Of a DNA stretch of 64,000 nt, positions 56,462-64,000 are shown in pieces. How positions within the stretch are numbered: the stretch's first letter is position 1; every line of letters begins with the position of its first letter. The notes beneath the pieces were generated by a model that did no database searches, had not been told where the DNA came from, and saw nothing but the letters and a program-made list of their open reading frames with translations. The stretch covers positions 62,001-126,000 of IMG/VR virus record IMGVR_UViG_3300032268_000832; one strand, given 5' to 3'. The position numbers and the translations under genes were made by a program.

Positions 56462-57727
56462 ATGTCAGATATTAAACCAAATGTTTTCCCAAGCAATCAA
56501 CCACAAAAACCTAATTTAACCGAAGCTGAAAAACTTGCAGCGTATGAAGCTGAAAAGATGATGGTTACTAACGAAATTTATTCGTCTCAAATGCAAACAG
56601 ACACACCTTATGAACATATGAGTGCGATTGAACAAATGAGATATAGAACTGAAGCTCAATTAAAACAAAGACAAGACATTGGCGTTGTTAAAGACCCTTC
56701 ATTATCAGAAAAAACCAATTCTAGAGTATTTCAACAACCAACTAAAAAAGACAACAACGAAGAACAAATTAGACTTAGAGATGAGCAGTTAAAAAATAAT
56801 TTACAACAAACTCAGAACTATCAACGTTTATCTCAAGAAGCTATGGATAGAAATAAAGAATATTACGAACAACAAACAATGGAAAATAAACCAAGTTATC
56901 AACCACAACCTAGTAGTCCTGTTATTAAAGATAAGACTACTTATACATCACAACAAGCAATAGACCCATACATATTAGAATTGAGTCAACCAAATTATAA
57001 CGCACCTTTTGATGTTATTCCTTTACCTTCTAAGGGTAAATTATATAGAAATAAAAAACAAAATGTAAGATTAGCTTATATGACAACGGCTGATGAAAAT
57101 ATCCTTACTAGCCCTAATTTATTAAAAAGTGGTGAGTTTTTAGAAATTCTTATAAACAGAAAATTATTAGAACCTGAATTACGTTATAAAGATTTATTAC
57201 CAGGGGACCGTAACGCAATCATGCTTTGGCTTAGAGCGACAGCTTATGGTGAAATGTATCCAGTTACTTTATTGGATGAAAACGACGAAGCTTTTGAAAC
57301 GGAAATAAATTTAAATGAACTTAAAACAATTGATTTAAACGTTGAACCAGATGAAGATGGTTTATTTAATTTTACAATGCCTTTAAGCAAAGCAAATGTT
57401 AGATTTAAATTATTAACATGTGGTGATATTGATAATATTGAAGAAATGTTAGAGAGAGATAGGGAAAACAATATTTTAGTTAACAACGCGAATACTTACA
57501 AATTAGAAAAAATGATTATTGAAGTTAATGGTGATACCAATAAAACTATGATTAGAGATTTTGTTAATTATATGAGAATACAAGATTCAAAAGAATTCAA
57601 TAAATTTGTTGAATCCATTGAGACTGGTATTGATTTAGATATTGAGGTTGGGACTCCTGGAGGTGGGTCCATAAAAACCTTTCTTCCCCTTAACGTCAGA
57701 TTTTTTTGGCCTGACTTCCGAGTATAA
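56462..57727 (+). CDS. Baseplate hub/tail assembly chaperone (gp26-like) with Gln-rich N-terminus
   Basis: IPLPSKGKLY, YMTTADENIL, GDRNAI...LRATAYG, LPLSK..V.FKLLT, ends FFWP. Confidence 0.75.
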   Translation: MSDIKPNVFPSNQPQKPNLTEAEKLAAYEAEKMMVTNEIYSSQMQTDTPYEHMSAIEQMRYRTEAQLKQRQDIGVVKDPSLSEKTNSRVFQQPTKKDNNEEQIRLRDEQLKNNLQQTQNYQRLSQEAMDRNKEYYEQQTMENKPSYQPQPSSPVIKDKTTYTSQQAIDPYILELSQPNYNAPFDVIPLPSKGKLYRNKKQNVRLAYMTTADENILTSPNLLKSGEFLEILINRKLLEPELRYKDLLPGDRNAIMLWLRATAYGEMYPVTLLDENDEAFETEINLNELKTIDLNVEPDEDGLFNFTMPLSKANVRFKLLTCGDIDNIEEMLERDRENNILVNNANTYKLEKMIIEVNGDTNKTMIRDFVNYMRIQDSKEFNKFVESIETGIDLDIEVGTPGGGSIKTFLPLNVRFFWPDFRV

Positions 57728-57737
57728 ACCAATTGTT

Positions 57738-57980
57738 TTGGAAGAAACTTTTATCGTTATGCAACAATTGAAAACACCTTATATTGACGTAATGTCAATG
57801 CCAGTGTATGAAAGAAGGTTTTTTATTAATTTATTATTAAACCAACATGAAAAACAGCAACAATACATTGAAGATAATGCGGGTACAACAAATTCAAACG
57901 CTAAGGGTTCTAGAAAAACAAAAATATCTGGAGATGCTTTAAAATCAAAAATGAAATCTGGAGAAATCCCATTAAATTAA
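57738..57980 (+). CDS. gp51-like small protein / probable frameshift extension of the chaperone
   Basis: YIDVMSMPVYERRFF motif; frame open from 57675 across the T7 run. Confidence 0.65.
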   Translation: MEETFIVMQQLKTPYIDVMSMPVYERRFFINLLLNQHEKQQQYIEDNAGTTNSNAKGSRKTKISGDALKSKMKSGEIPLN

Positions 57981-57982
57981 TT

Positions 57983-58004
57983 AATCCCCATTTTGGGGAT
58001 TTTT
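57983..58004 (+). terminator. Intrinsic terminator
   Basis: aatcccca-ttt-tggggattttt. Confidence 0.7.
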
Positions 58005-58014
58005 AATTTATAAG

Positions 58015-58023
58015 ATATTTATA
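58015..58023 (+). promoter_or_regulatory. Putative late promoter ATATTTATA
   Basis: 13 nt upstream of ATG 58037. Confidence 0.65.
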
Positions 58024-58036
58024 AATAAAACTTATC

Positions 58037-59305
58037 ATGAAAAAGAAAATAATTTTAACTGAAACACAATATCTTAAGTTAACTAAATTTTTATTGGAAG
58101 ACATAAATAATGATTTTAAATACATTAAGAATGGTGATATTTTAAGTTTTACGTTAAAAAATAATCAAAACGTAAATTTAAAAATCACTAGCGTAAACAT
58201 ACCTAATAATGAAATTTTAGCTTATGGTCCAAAAAATGAAAAAATAATGTTAAGGATTGGTGAATTCAACGAAAAAAACGATTTTTTAACTTATCATCAA
58301 TTTGATGATGTTGCTAAAAAATACATACCTAAAAAAGTTTATGTTAAAGATATGAATATTTGGAGAGATAATGATTTATTTGTCGCTCCAGAAAATATTA
58401 CTAAACCAACAAATAATCAGTCAAATAACAACATAAATGTAAATCAACAACAAAATAATCAATCTAAAAATTTAAGTGGTTTAGAAGTTAATAATGTAAT
58501 AACAGTTAAAAATCAAAATGATGAAACTTATTCTATTACAATAACTTCTATTGAAGGTGATGATGTTTATGGTAAAGACCAAGATAATTTTGATGTTGTT
58601 ATTAAAAATATAGATGATAAAAATAAAGAAATGACAATTATTAAAAATGATGGTGATAATCAAATTGAAGAAATTATAAAATTTGAAGAGATTAACATAG
58701 AAAAAAATAAAAATAAAATTAACCCTGATTATTATAATGATTTATTTAATAAGTATTATAAAGAAATCATAAACGACCCTAATTTAAAGAAAGCTTTTTA
58801 TAAAGCACCTTCATTTTGGAATTATTTCACGTCTGCTTTAAATAACGAAAAAGCTAGAGGTAAAGGTATTTTTCCCGCATATGAAATAATTAACGGTTAT
58901 TTTAATAAAAAAATTGATGAAAAATTACCAGGATTTGCTAATAAAGAAAATAAAAGAGCTAGTTTTTATTTATTTGATGATATTAATATAAGGTATAAAA
59001 AAATAAATGAAGAAGAATTTAAAAATTTTACTTTAAACGCTGGTTATTATAAAGCAACTGTTAGACAATATGAAGCTGGGTTAGGTGACGTAAAAGTTTT
59101 AACATATAGAAGTAGTGGTGGGTCTTTTGGTTTCAAGATAATTGTAAAAAAACCAACTGGTGAAAGACCTGATGAATATTTTTGTGACGTATATGTTAAT
59201 AAAAATAATGTCGAGGAAAATAAATATTTTGTTGAAAATGTCAGAATTAAATTTTTAGATTCTGAAGGTTATACATCTTATGAAAAATTAAAAAAAAATA
59301 GTTAA
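58037..59305 (+). CDS. Putative internal head protein with IILTETQY leader
   Basis: MKKKIILTETQYLKLTKFLLE; two similar beta-rich repeats separated by an N/Q linker. Confidence 0.55.
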   Translation: MKKKIILTETQYLKLTKFLLEDINNDFKYIKNGDILSFTLKNNQNVNLKITSVNIPNNEILAYGPKNEKIMLRIGEFNEKNDFLTYHQFDDVAKKYIPKKVYVKDMNIWRDNDLFVAPENITKPTNNQSNNNINVNQQQNNQSKNLSGLEVNNVITVKNQNDETYSITITSIEGDDVYGKDQDNFDVVIKNIDDKNKEMTIIKNDGDNQIEEIIKFEEINIEKNKNKINPDYYNDLFNKYYKEIINDPNLKKAFYKAPSFWNYFTSALNNEKARGKGIFPAYEIINGYFNKKIDEKLPGFANKENKRASFYLFDDINIRYKKINEEEFKNFTLNAGYYKATVRQYEAGLGDVKVLTYRSSGGSFGFKIIVKKPTGERPDEYFCDVYVNKNNVEENKYFVENVRIKFLDSEGYTSYEKLKKNS

Positions 59306-59307
59306 TA

Positions 59308-61776
59308 ATGGCTGAAATGAATGAAGAAGAATTAAAAGCATTCGAAAAAGCTTTAGCTAAGGCTAGGGCTGAATTAAAAGAAATGTATAACATCCAGAAA
59401 GAAATAAATAGTGGATGGGATGGGTTTACAAAGGGTGTTAAAGATGTTAGTAATTTAACTTCTGATATTAAAAATGTTAATAAACAAATATTAGAATTAG
59501 AGAAAGACCAAACAGAAGAAGGTAAATTAAAAGTAGCCGCATTAAAAAAAGAACTTGCTTTATTAGAAAAGAATAGAGATGTTATTAAACAAACTATAAA
59601 AGACGTTAATAAATTTAAATTAGCTGGTGGTACAGCAATGGCTGGTGTTGTTAAAGGTGCTTCTAATCTTGATAAAATACCTAATTTTATTACAGGTAAA
59701 TTAGGCCTTTTAAAAGGTCTTTTTGAAATGGACAAAGCCATTAGAGTAACCGTTAATCAAATGGGTACTCTTGGTAAACAAAGTGATATAGTAAGACAAA
59801 ATATAAAATCAGCCGCTGTAAACACAGTATCCTTTGGTGTTGGTATTAAAGAGATTGCTGAAATTCAAGCACAATACGCAGAGTCTTTAGGTAGAAATGT
59901 ATTAGTTTCTCAGAAGGGTCTTGAATCAATTGCTGAAATGGGTAAATCTAGTGGTCTAGGTATTGAAGGTGCAACAGAAATGGCTGCTCAGTTTGACAAA
60001 ATGGGTGTGTCAGCAGATAGGACTGGAGAATTTATGGAAGAAACTTTAAATAATTCTAGCGCTATGGGGTTAAACACTACCAAAGTAATGAAGAATTTAA
60101 ACCAAAACTTTAAAATGCTTAATAAGTATCGTTTTAAAGATGGTATTAAGGGTATCACTAAAATGGCTCAAATGGCGACTAAATTAGGTGTTGAAATGGA
60201 TTTTGCTGCTGGTATGTCTGATAAGCTTTGGAACGTTGAAGGTGCTGTTGAGATGTCGGCACAATTAAATGTTATGGGTGGTGCATGGGCTCAAATGGCC
60301 GACCCTTTCAAATTAATGTATCAAGCGCGTAATGACATACAAGGTTTAACAGAAGATATTGCTAAGGCTGCATCCCAATCAATGACTTTCGCTAAAGATG
60401 GTAGTATTGAAACTAACGCTATGGAAATGCATAGGTTAAAAATAATTGCGGAGCAAACTGGTCTTGAATATGAAAAATTGGTTGAGTTAGGTAAAACTCA
60501 ATTTAAAATGGGTAAAATTGAAATGCAAGCTTCTAACTTACCTGATGACGTAAAAGAGTTTGTTGCAAATACAGCTGAATTTAAAAACGGTAAAGCTTAT
60601 ATCCAAGTTGAAAGTGGTGATAAAAAATTATTAAGTCATATAACAAAATCTGATAGAGATTATTTAAAACGTCAAGTAGAAGAGAAAAAAACAATGAAAG
60701 AAAGGGCAGATGCTGCACAATCTTTTGATGAAACGTTAAATAACTTGTTAAACATGGTTAAAATTTATATGATGCCAATTGTTGAAGGGTTATCAAACGT
60801 ATTAAAACCAGTTATAGATGATTTAATGGGAGAAAAAGGTACGGCCTTTAAAAACGAATTAAAAAGTTTAGGTGAACAACTTGGTAATTTTATTTCAGGT
60901 GCAGCTGAATGGGTTAAACCTTTAATACAAATGGCTGTCGCTTTAGGTCCTAAAGGTATATTTTATACATGGTTAACAGGTAAAGCTCTTATGGGTTTAT
61001 TTGAAGTGGGGAAATGGTTTTTAAATGGATTGTCCTTATCTAAAGGATTTTTAATGGGAACTAAAGGTTTTATGGGTGGTTCTGGTAATAGTACACCTAA
61101 CACCACTACTTCTAAAGGTTCTGGTAAATTTGGAAAATTTGGGTCAACAAAGGGTGGTATGTCTTTTGGTAAATCTTTAATGAGAGGTTTAGGTAGTGGT
61201 GCTGTTTTAGGTGTTGGTGGTGCCGCTATGGATTATGGTAGAAGTAAAATGGATAACCCAGAAAGTACTGGTGGTAAATGGCTTGGGGCTGGAGCTAAAG
61301 CAGCTGAGTTTGCTAGTTATGGTGCTATGATAGGTAGTATTATACCAGGTTTAGGGACTGGAGCTGGTGCTATAATAGGTGGTTTGATTGGTGGTGGTAA
61401 AGGTATCTATGATGAATTTTTTGATAAACCACAAAACGATGTTAAATTTCCAAAATTAGGACCTAACCATTCTAAAGGTAGAATGTTAACACAAGGAGGT
61501 AAAATAACACCAATTGATAACAAAGATGAATTATTAGCTATGAAACCTGGTGGTGTTGTTGATAAGACTCTAAATAACACAAACACTGGGATTTCTTCGA
61601 CAAAAATTGAATTTGGTGATTTAAATATTACTGGAGAAATCAAGATTAATTTACCAGGTGGAACACAAATTGGTTCTGAATTGTTAAAAAGTTCTGAATT
61701 TAAATCATCAATTACTAGAGTTGTTCAATCTCAACTTGAAAAAAATATAAATGGTAAAAATTCTGATAGAAAATAA
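59308..61776 (+). CDS. Tape measure protein
   Basis: 822 aa, helical Ala/Met-rich body, Gly-rich hydrophobic C-terminal segments, follows chaperone genes. Confidence 0.75.
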   Translation: MAEMNEEELKAFEKALAKARAELKEMYNIQKEINSGWDGFTKGVKDVSNLTSDIKNVNKQILELEKDQTEEGKLKVAALKKELALLEKNRDVIKQTIKDVNKFKLAGGTAMAGVVKGASNLDKIPNFITGKLGLLKGLFEMDKAIRVTVNQMGTLGKQSDIVRQNIKSAAVNTVSFGVGIKEIAEIQAQYAESLGRNVLVSQKGLESIAEMGKSSGLGIEGATEMAAQFDKMGVSADRTGEFMEETLNNSSAMGLNTTKVMKNLNQNFKMLNKYRFKDGIKGITKMAQMATKLGVEMDFAAGMSDKLWNVEGAVEMSAQLNVMGGAWAQMADPFKLMYQARNDIQGLTEDIAKAASQSMTFAKDGSIETNAMEMHRLKIIAEQTGLEYEKLVELGKTQFKMGKIEMQASNLPDDVKEFVANTAEFKNGKAYIQVESGDKKLLSHITKSDRDYLKRQVEEKKTMKERADAAQSFDETLNNLLNMVKIYMMPIVEGLSNVLKPVIDDLMGEKGTAFKNELKSLGEQLGNFISGAAEWVKPLIQMAVALGPKGIFYTWLTGKALMGLFEVGKWFLNGLSLSKGFLMGTKGFMGGSGNSTPNTTTSKGSGKFGKFGSTKGGMSFGKSLMRGLGSGAVLGVGGAAMDYGRSKMDNPESTGGKWLGAGAKAAEFASYGAMIGSIIPGLGTGAGAIIGGLIGGGKGIYDEFFDKPQNDVKFPKLGPNHSKGRMLTQGGKITPIDNKDELLAMKPGGVVDKTLNNTNTGISSTKIEFGDLNITGEIKINLPGGTQIGSELLKSSEFKSSITRVVQSQLEKNINGKNSDRK

Positions 61777-61827
61777 TATTGATTATCAAGTAGTTATAAT
61801 ATAATATAAAAAAATAGTTTAATATAC

Positions 61828-61857
61828 TTGATTTTGTCAAAAAAAACCGTATTTTTG
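61828..61857 (+). promoter_or_regulatory. Bacteroidota sigmaA-type promoter TTG-N19-TATTTTTG with no downstream CDS before a terminator
   Basis: Consensus match in a 260 bp intergenic region. Confidence 0.55.
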
Positions 61858-61879
61858 TATATATAAAATTTAAAATAAA

Positions 61880-61919
61880 TAATAATAAAATATATAATTA
61901 TAATAATAAAATATATAAT
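61880..61919 (+). repeat. Two exact 19 bp direct repeats, 21 bp period
   Basis: TAATAATAAAATATATAAT at 61880-61898 and 61901-61919. Confidence 0.8.
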
Positions 61920-61940
61920 AATAACTTTTTAATAAAAATT

Positions 61941-61962
61941 GGCACATATTGTGCCTTTTTTT
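61941..61962 (+). terminator. Intrinsic terminator
   Basis: ggcaca-tat-tgtgcc followed by T7. Confidence 0.75.
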
Positions 61963-62011
61963 GTTTTAATATGTTTTAAACATTTATTTTTATAATTTTT
62001 TTGGTAGTTTA

Positions 62012-62020
62012 ATATTTATA
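62012..62020 (+). promoter_or_regulatory. Putative late promoter ATATTTATA
   Basis: 15 nt upstream of ATG 62036. Confidence 0.65.
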
Positions 62021-62035
62021 TATAAAAGAAATATT

Positions 62036-64000
62036 ATGCCATTATTTTATGACACGGCTTCGCCAACACCAACTTCTAGAAATACAATCAATAGTGTTTC
62101 AATTGATATTAGAGATTTTCTATTACAAAAAAATTTATTACCAACATATCCAACATTATCAACTAGTTTAAATGGTAGTCCACGTATTGGTCAACCAGTA
62201 TTAGATACTGAAACTAATTTCCTTAATTTTTACCCTCAACAAAGACTTGAAGGTAATACATCAAGTTTAGACATACTAGGAAGCATTTTAAACGGTCAAG
62301 GTGTTGGTTTGGGTGCTGGAGGTTCAATCGAACCTAATTTTGACGTTAGAGGGTCTCTATTAGGTCGTGTGTTAGGTTCTACAGGTATTTTAAGTGATAC
62401 TAAGATAGGTACTATTGGTGCAAAGCAATTAGCGTTAGCTTTAGCTAATAATGCAGCGTTCAATGTTCAACAAGAAATATTAGGTACATTAAATGTAAGA
62501 GAAAACATTTATTCACTTATCAAAGATGGAGATTTAGCTGGTTTCAGACCTAATTATAAAATCACGGTACCAAAATCTACAGGTGGTCAAATATTAAATG
62601 GTATCACAAGAGTATTAGGGTTTCAAATACCAAGAAGTTATTTAGATGAAAGTGGTTCTATATTCCAAACAGAAAATGGTGATGCGGCAAATATAGTAAG
62701 AGCTAATGCTATGATTGAAAACACTGGTAAGGGTCAAGTAGCTGCGTTAATTTCGTCTATGTTGAATAATTTAAGTGCTAATGAAGTTAATGGAAGTGTA
62801 GAAATAAATCCTTTTAGAAGTGGTTATTCACCAGCATTCAATGATAAAAAAGGAGAACCGATGAGTGACCCTAAAATTTATGCTTATTATCTAACCAATG
62901 GTCAAGGAACTGTTAATGGTGGTGTAAGTAAATTATTAGGTAATATAGGTGATTATATGCCTAGTCTTAGTTATCTTAGAGAACAAATGACTAGTGATTC
63001 TGGTTTTAAATCACCTGAAGAATTGTTTATTGGTACTGGTCAATTTTTTAATTCTGGATACGATAAAAGAACTATTAGTAGAATAGGATTTTCATGGGCT
63101 AGTGAACAACCAGATGCTGTTAACTCTTTAGCTGGTTTAGATAATACTTCAGATTTTGAATTTTTAACAGGTGTTGATACTAATAACATAAAAGGTGATA
63201 AAAAATCATTATTGGTTAAAACACAGAAATTATTCAATAGTAAAGGTATGAAAAACATTGTCACTGTTAAAGGTGATATGGAAAAAAATTCAACACAAAT
63301 ACAAACAGCTAATGGTAATGGTTTTTCTAAAGGTAGCGCTGTTTTAAAAGCAGAAATGTATGATTTAGAAAAAGGTATTTATATAGGTAAAGAAAATGCC
63401 ACAGCTGATGAAACATATTGTAGAAGTTGGACAACGTTAGACAGATATGATAGTGTAAGTAAATTGATTAGAAACAAGGCGTTATATACAGACCCAAATG
63501 TTGCGTATAGATTTCAAACACAAAACAGTGTGTTAGATGGTCCTTTTGTTAAAATAGCACCATACGCAAATGAAATTGAAGACCCTAAAAAATTCATGTT
63601 ATCAATTGAAAATCTTGCTTGGAAAGATGAAGTTCAAAATTTACCAGAATGTGAACAAGGTCCAGGTGATTTAATATCAGGTGAAAGAGGTAGAATTATG
63701 TGGTTCCCACCATATGATATCCAATTTAGTGAAAATAACACAGTCAATTGGGAAGAAACTAATTTCATTGGTAGAGGTGAACCTATATATACATATAATA
63801 ATACAAAAAGAAGTGGAAATTTATCTTTTAAAATAGTTGTTGACCACCCAAGTTATTATAATGCTTTTAATGCTAGAAAAAACCAAACAGGTTCACCTGA
63901 TGATAATTATATAGCATCATTTTTTGCTGGTTGTGTTGATGTTGATAGAAGATGGGCAGATAAATTAATGTCAACACAAACCGTTAATGAAATAATATCT
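62036..64000 (+). CDS. Partial (runs off window) large baseplate protein with tube-initiator-like domain
   Basis: Not in the ORF track. MPLFYDTASP... in frame with the window end; WFPPYDIQFSE...NWEETNFIGRGEPIYTYNNTKRSGNLSF. Confidence 0.65.
   Translation, partial: MPLFYDTASPTPTSRNTINSVSIDIRDFLLQKNLLPTYPTLSTSLNGSPRIGQPVLDTETNFLNFYPQQRLEGNTSSLDILGSILNGQGVGLGAGGSIEPNFDVRGSLLGRVLGSTGILSDTKIGTIGAKQLALALANNAAFNVQQEILGTLNVRENIYSLIKDGDLAGFRPNYKITVPKSTGGQILNGITRVLGFQIPRSYLDESGSIFQTENGDAANIVRANAMIENTGKGQVAALISSMLNNLSANEVNGSVEINPFRSGYSPAFNDKKGEPMSDPKIYAYYLTNGQGTVNGGVSKLLGNIGDYMPSLSYLREQMTSDSGFKSPEELFIGTGQFFNSGYDKRTISRIGFSWASEQPDAVNSLAGLDNTSDFEFLTGVDTNNIKGDKKSLLVKTQKLFNSKGMKNIVTVKGDMEKNSTQIQTANGNGFSKGSAVLKAEMYDLEKGIYIGKENATADETYCRSWTTLDRYDSVSKLIRNKALYTDPNVAYRFQTQNSVLDGPFVKIAPYANEIEDPKKFMLSIENLAWKDEVQNLPECEQGPGDLISGERGRIMWFPPYDIQFSENNTVNWEETNFIGRGEPIYTYNNTKRSGNLSFKIVVDHPSYYNAFNARKNQTGSPDDNYIASFFAGCVDVDRRWADKLMSTQTVNEIIS

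Noticed and set aside
1261-63264. Many short antisense or alternate-frame ORFs in the track (e.g. 1924, 3060, 20504, 29234, 32604, 40875, 44283, 59247)
   Set aside because: Shadows of long genes; biased composition, no start context or motifs
1-64000. Stop-codon reassignment as in some Bacteroidota phages
   Set aside because: Genes are full length and densely packed in code 11; TAG and TGA act as real stops
1-64000. tRNA/rRNA genes, integrase or transposase
   Set aside because: None recognised; intergenic gaps are short, AT-rich and lack cloverleaf motifs

Overview
This 64 kb window is from a very AT-rich (roughly 30% GC or less by eye, not computed) T4-like jumbo myophage, standard genetic code. 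The host is most likely Bacteroidota, judged from TTG-N19/20-TAnnTTTG promoters and A-rich starts without Shine-Dalgarno sites. 1-28.4 kb is on the minus strand: baseplate spike region, a gp55-like late sigma factor, a ~21 kb island of soluble glycan-biosynthesis genes (gmd, fcl, two GT11, GT17, several GT2/GT4, two SAM methyltransferases) interleaved with PhoH, GMP reductase, dUTPase, HD and HAD proteins, and a late operon of putative head proteins. 28.4-64 kb is mostly on the plus strand: fibre/appendage genes, PolB, SNF2 helicase, glutaredoxin, neck, sheath, tube, tail chaperone and tape measure. Best candidate for an undescribed system: a phage-encoded virion O-glycosylation pathway. About 70 [S/T]-G-x-T motifs (hand count) occur in fibre, sheath and other putatively exposed proteins, and none in tape measure, tube, spike or neck. 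Also notable: an ATATTTAT late promoter, shared N-terminal leaders on cassette-like cargo proteins (including an ADP-ribosyltransferase-like protein), an unannotated RHH regulator with operator, a T7 slippery site in the tail chaperone, a promoter-repeat-terminator non-coding unit, and apparent absence of GATC. All counts are manual and all family calls come from motif recognition, not database searches.
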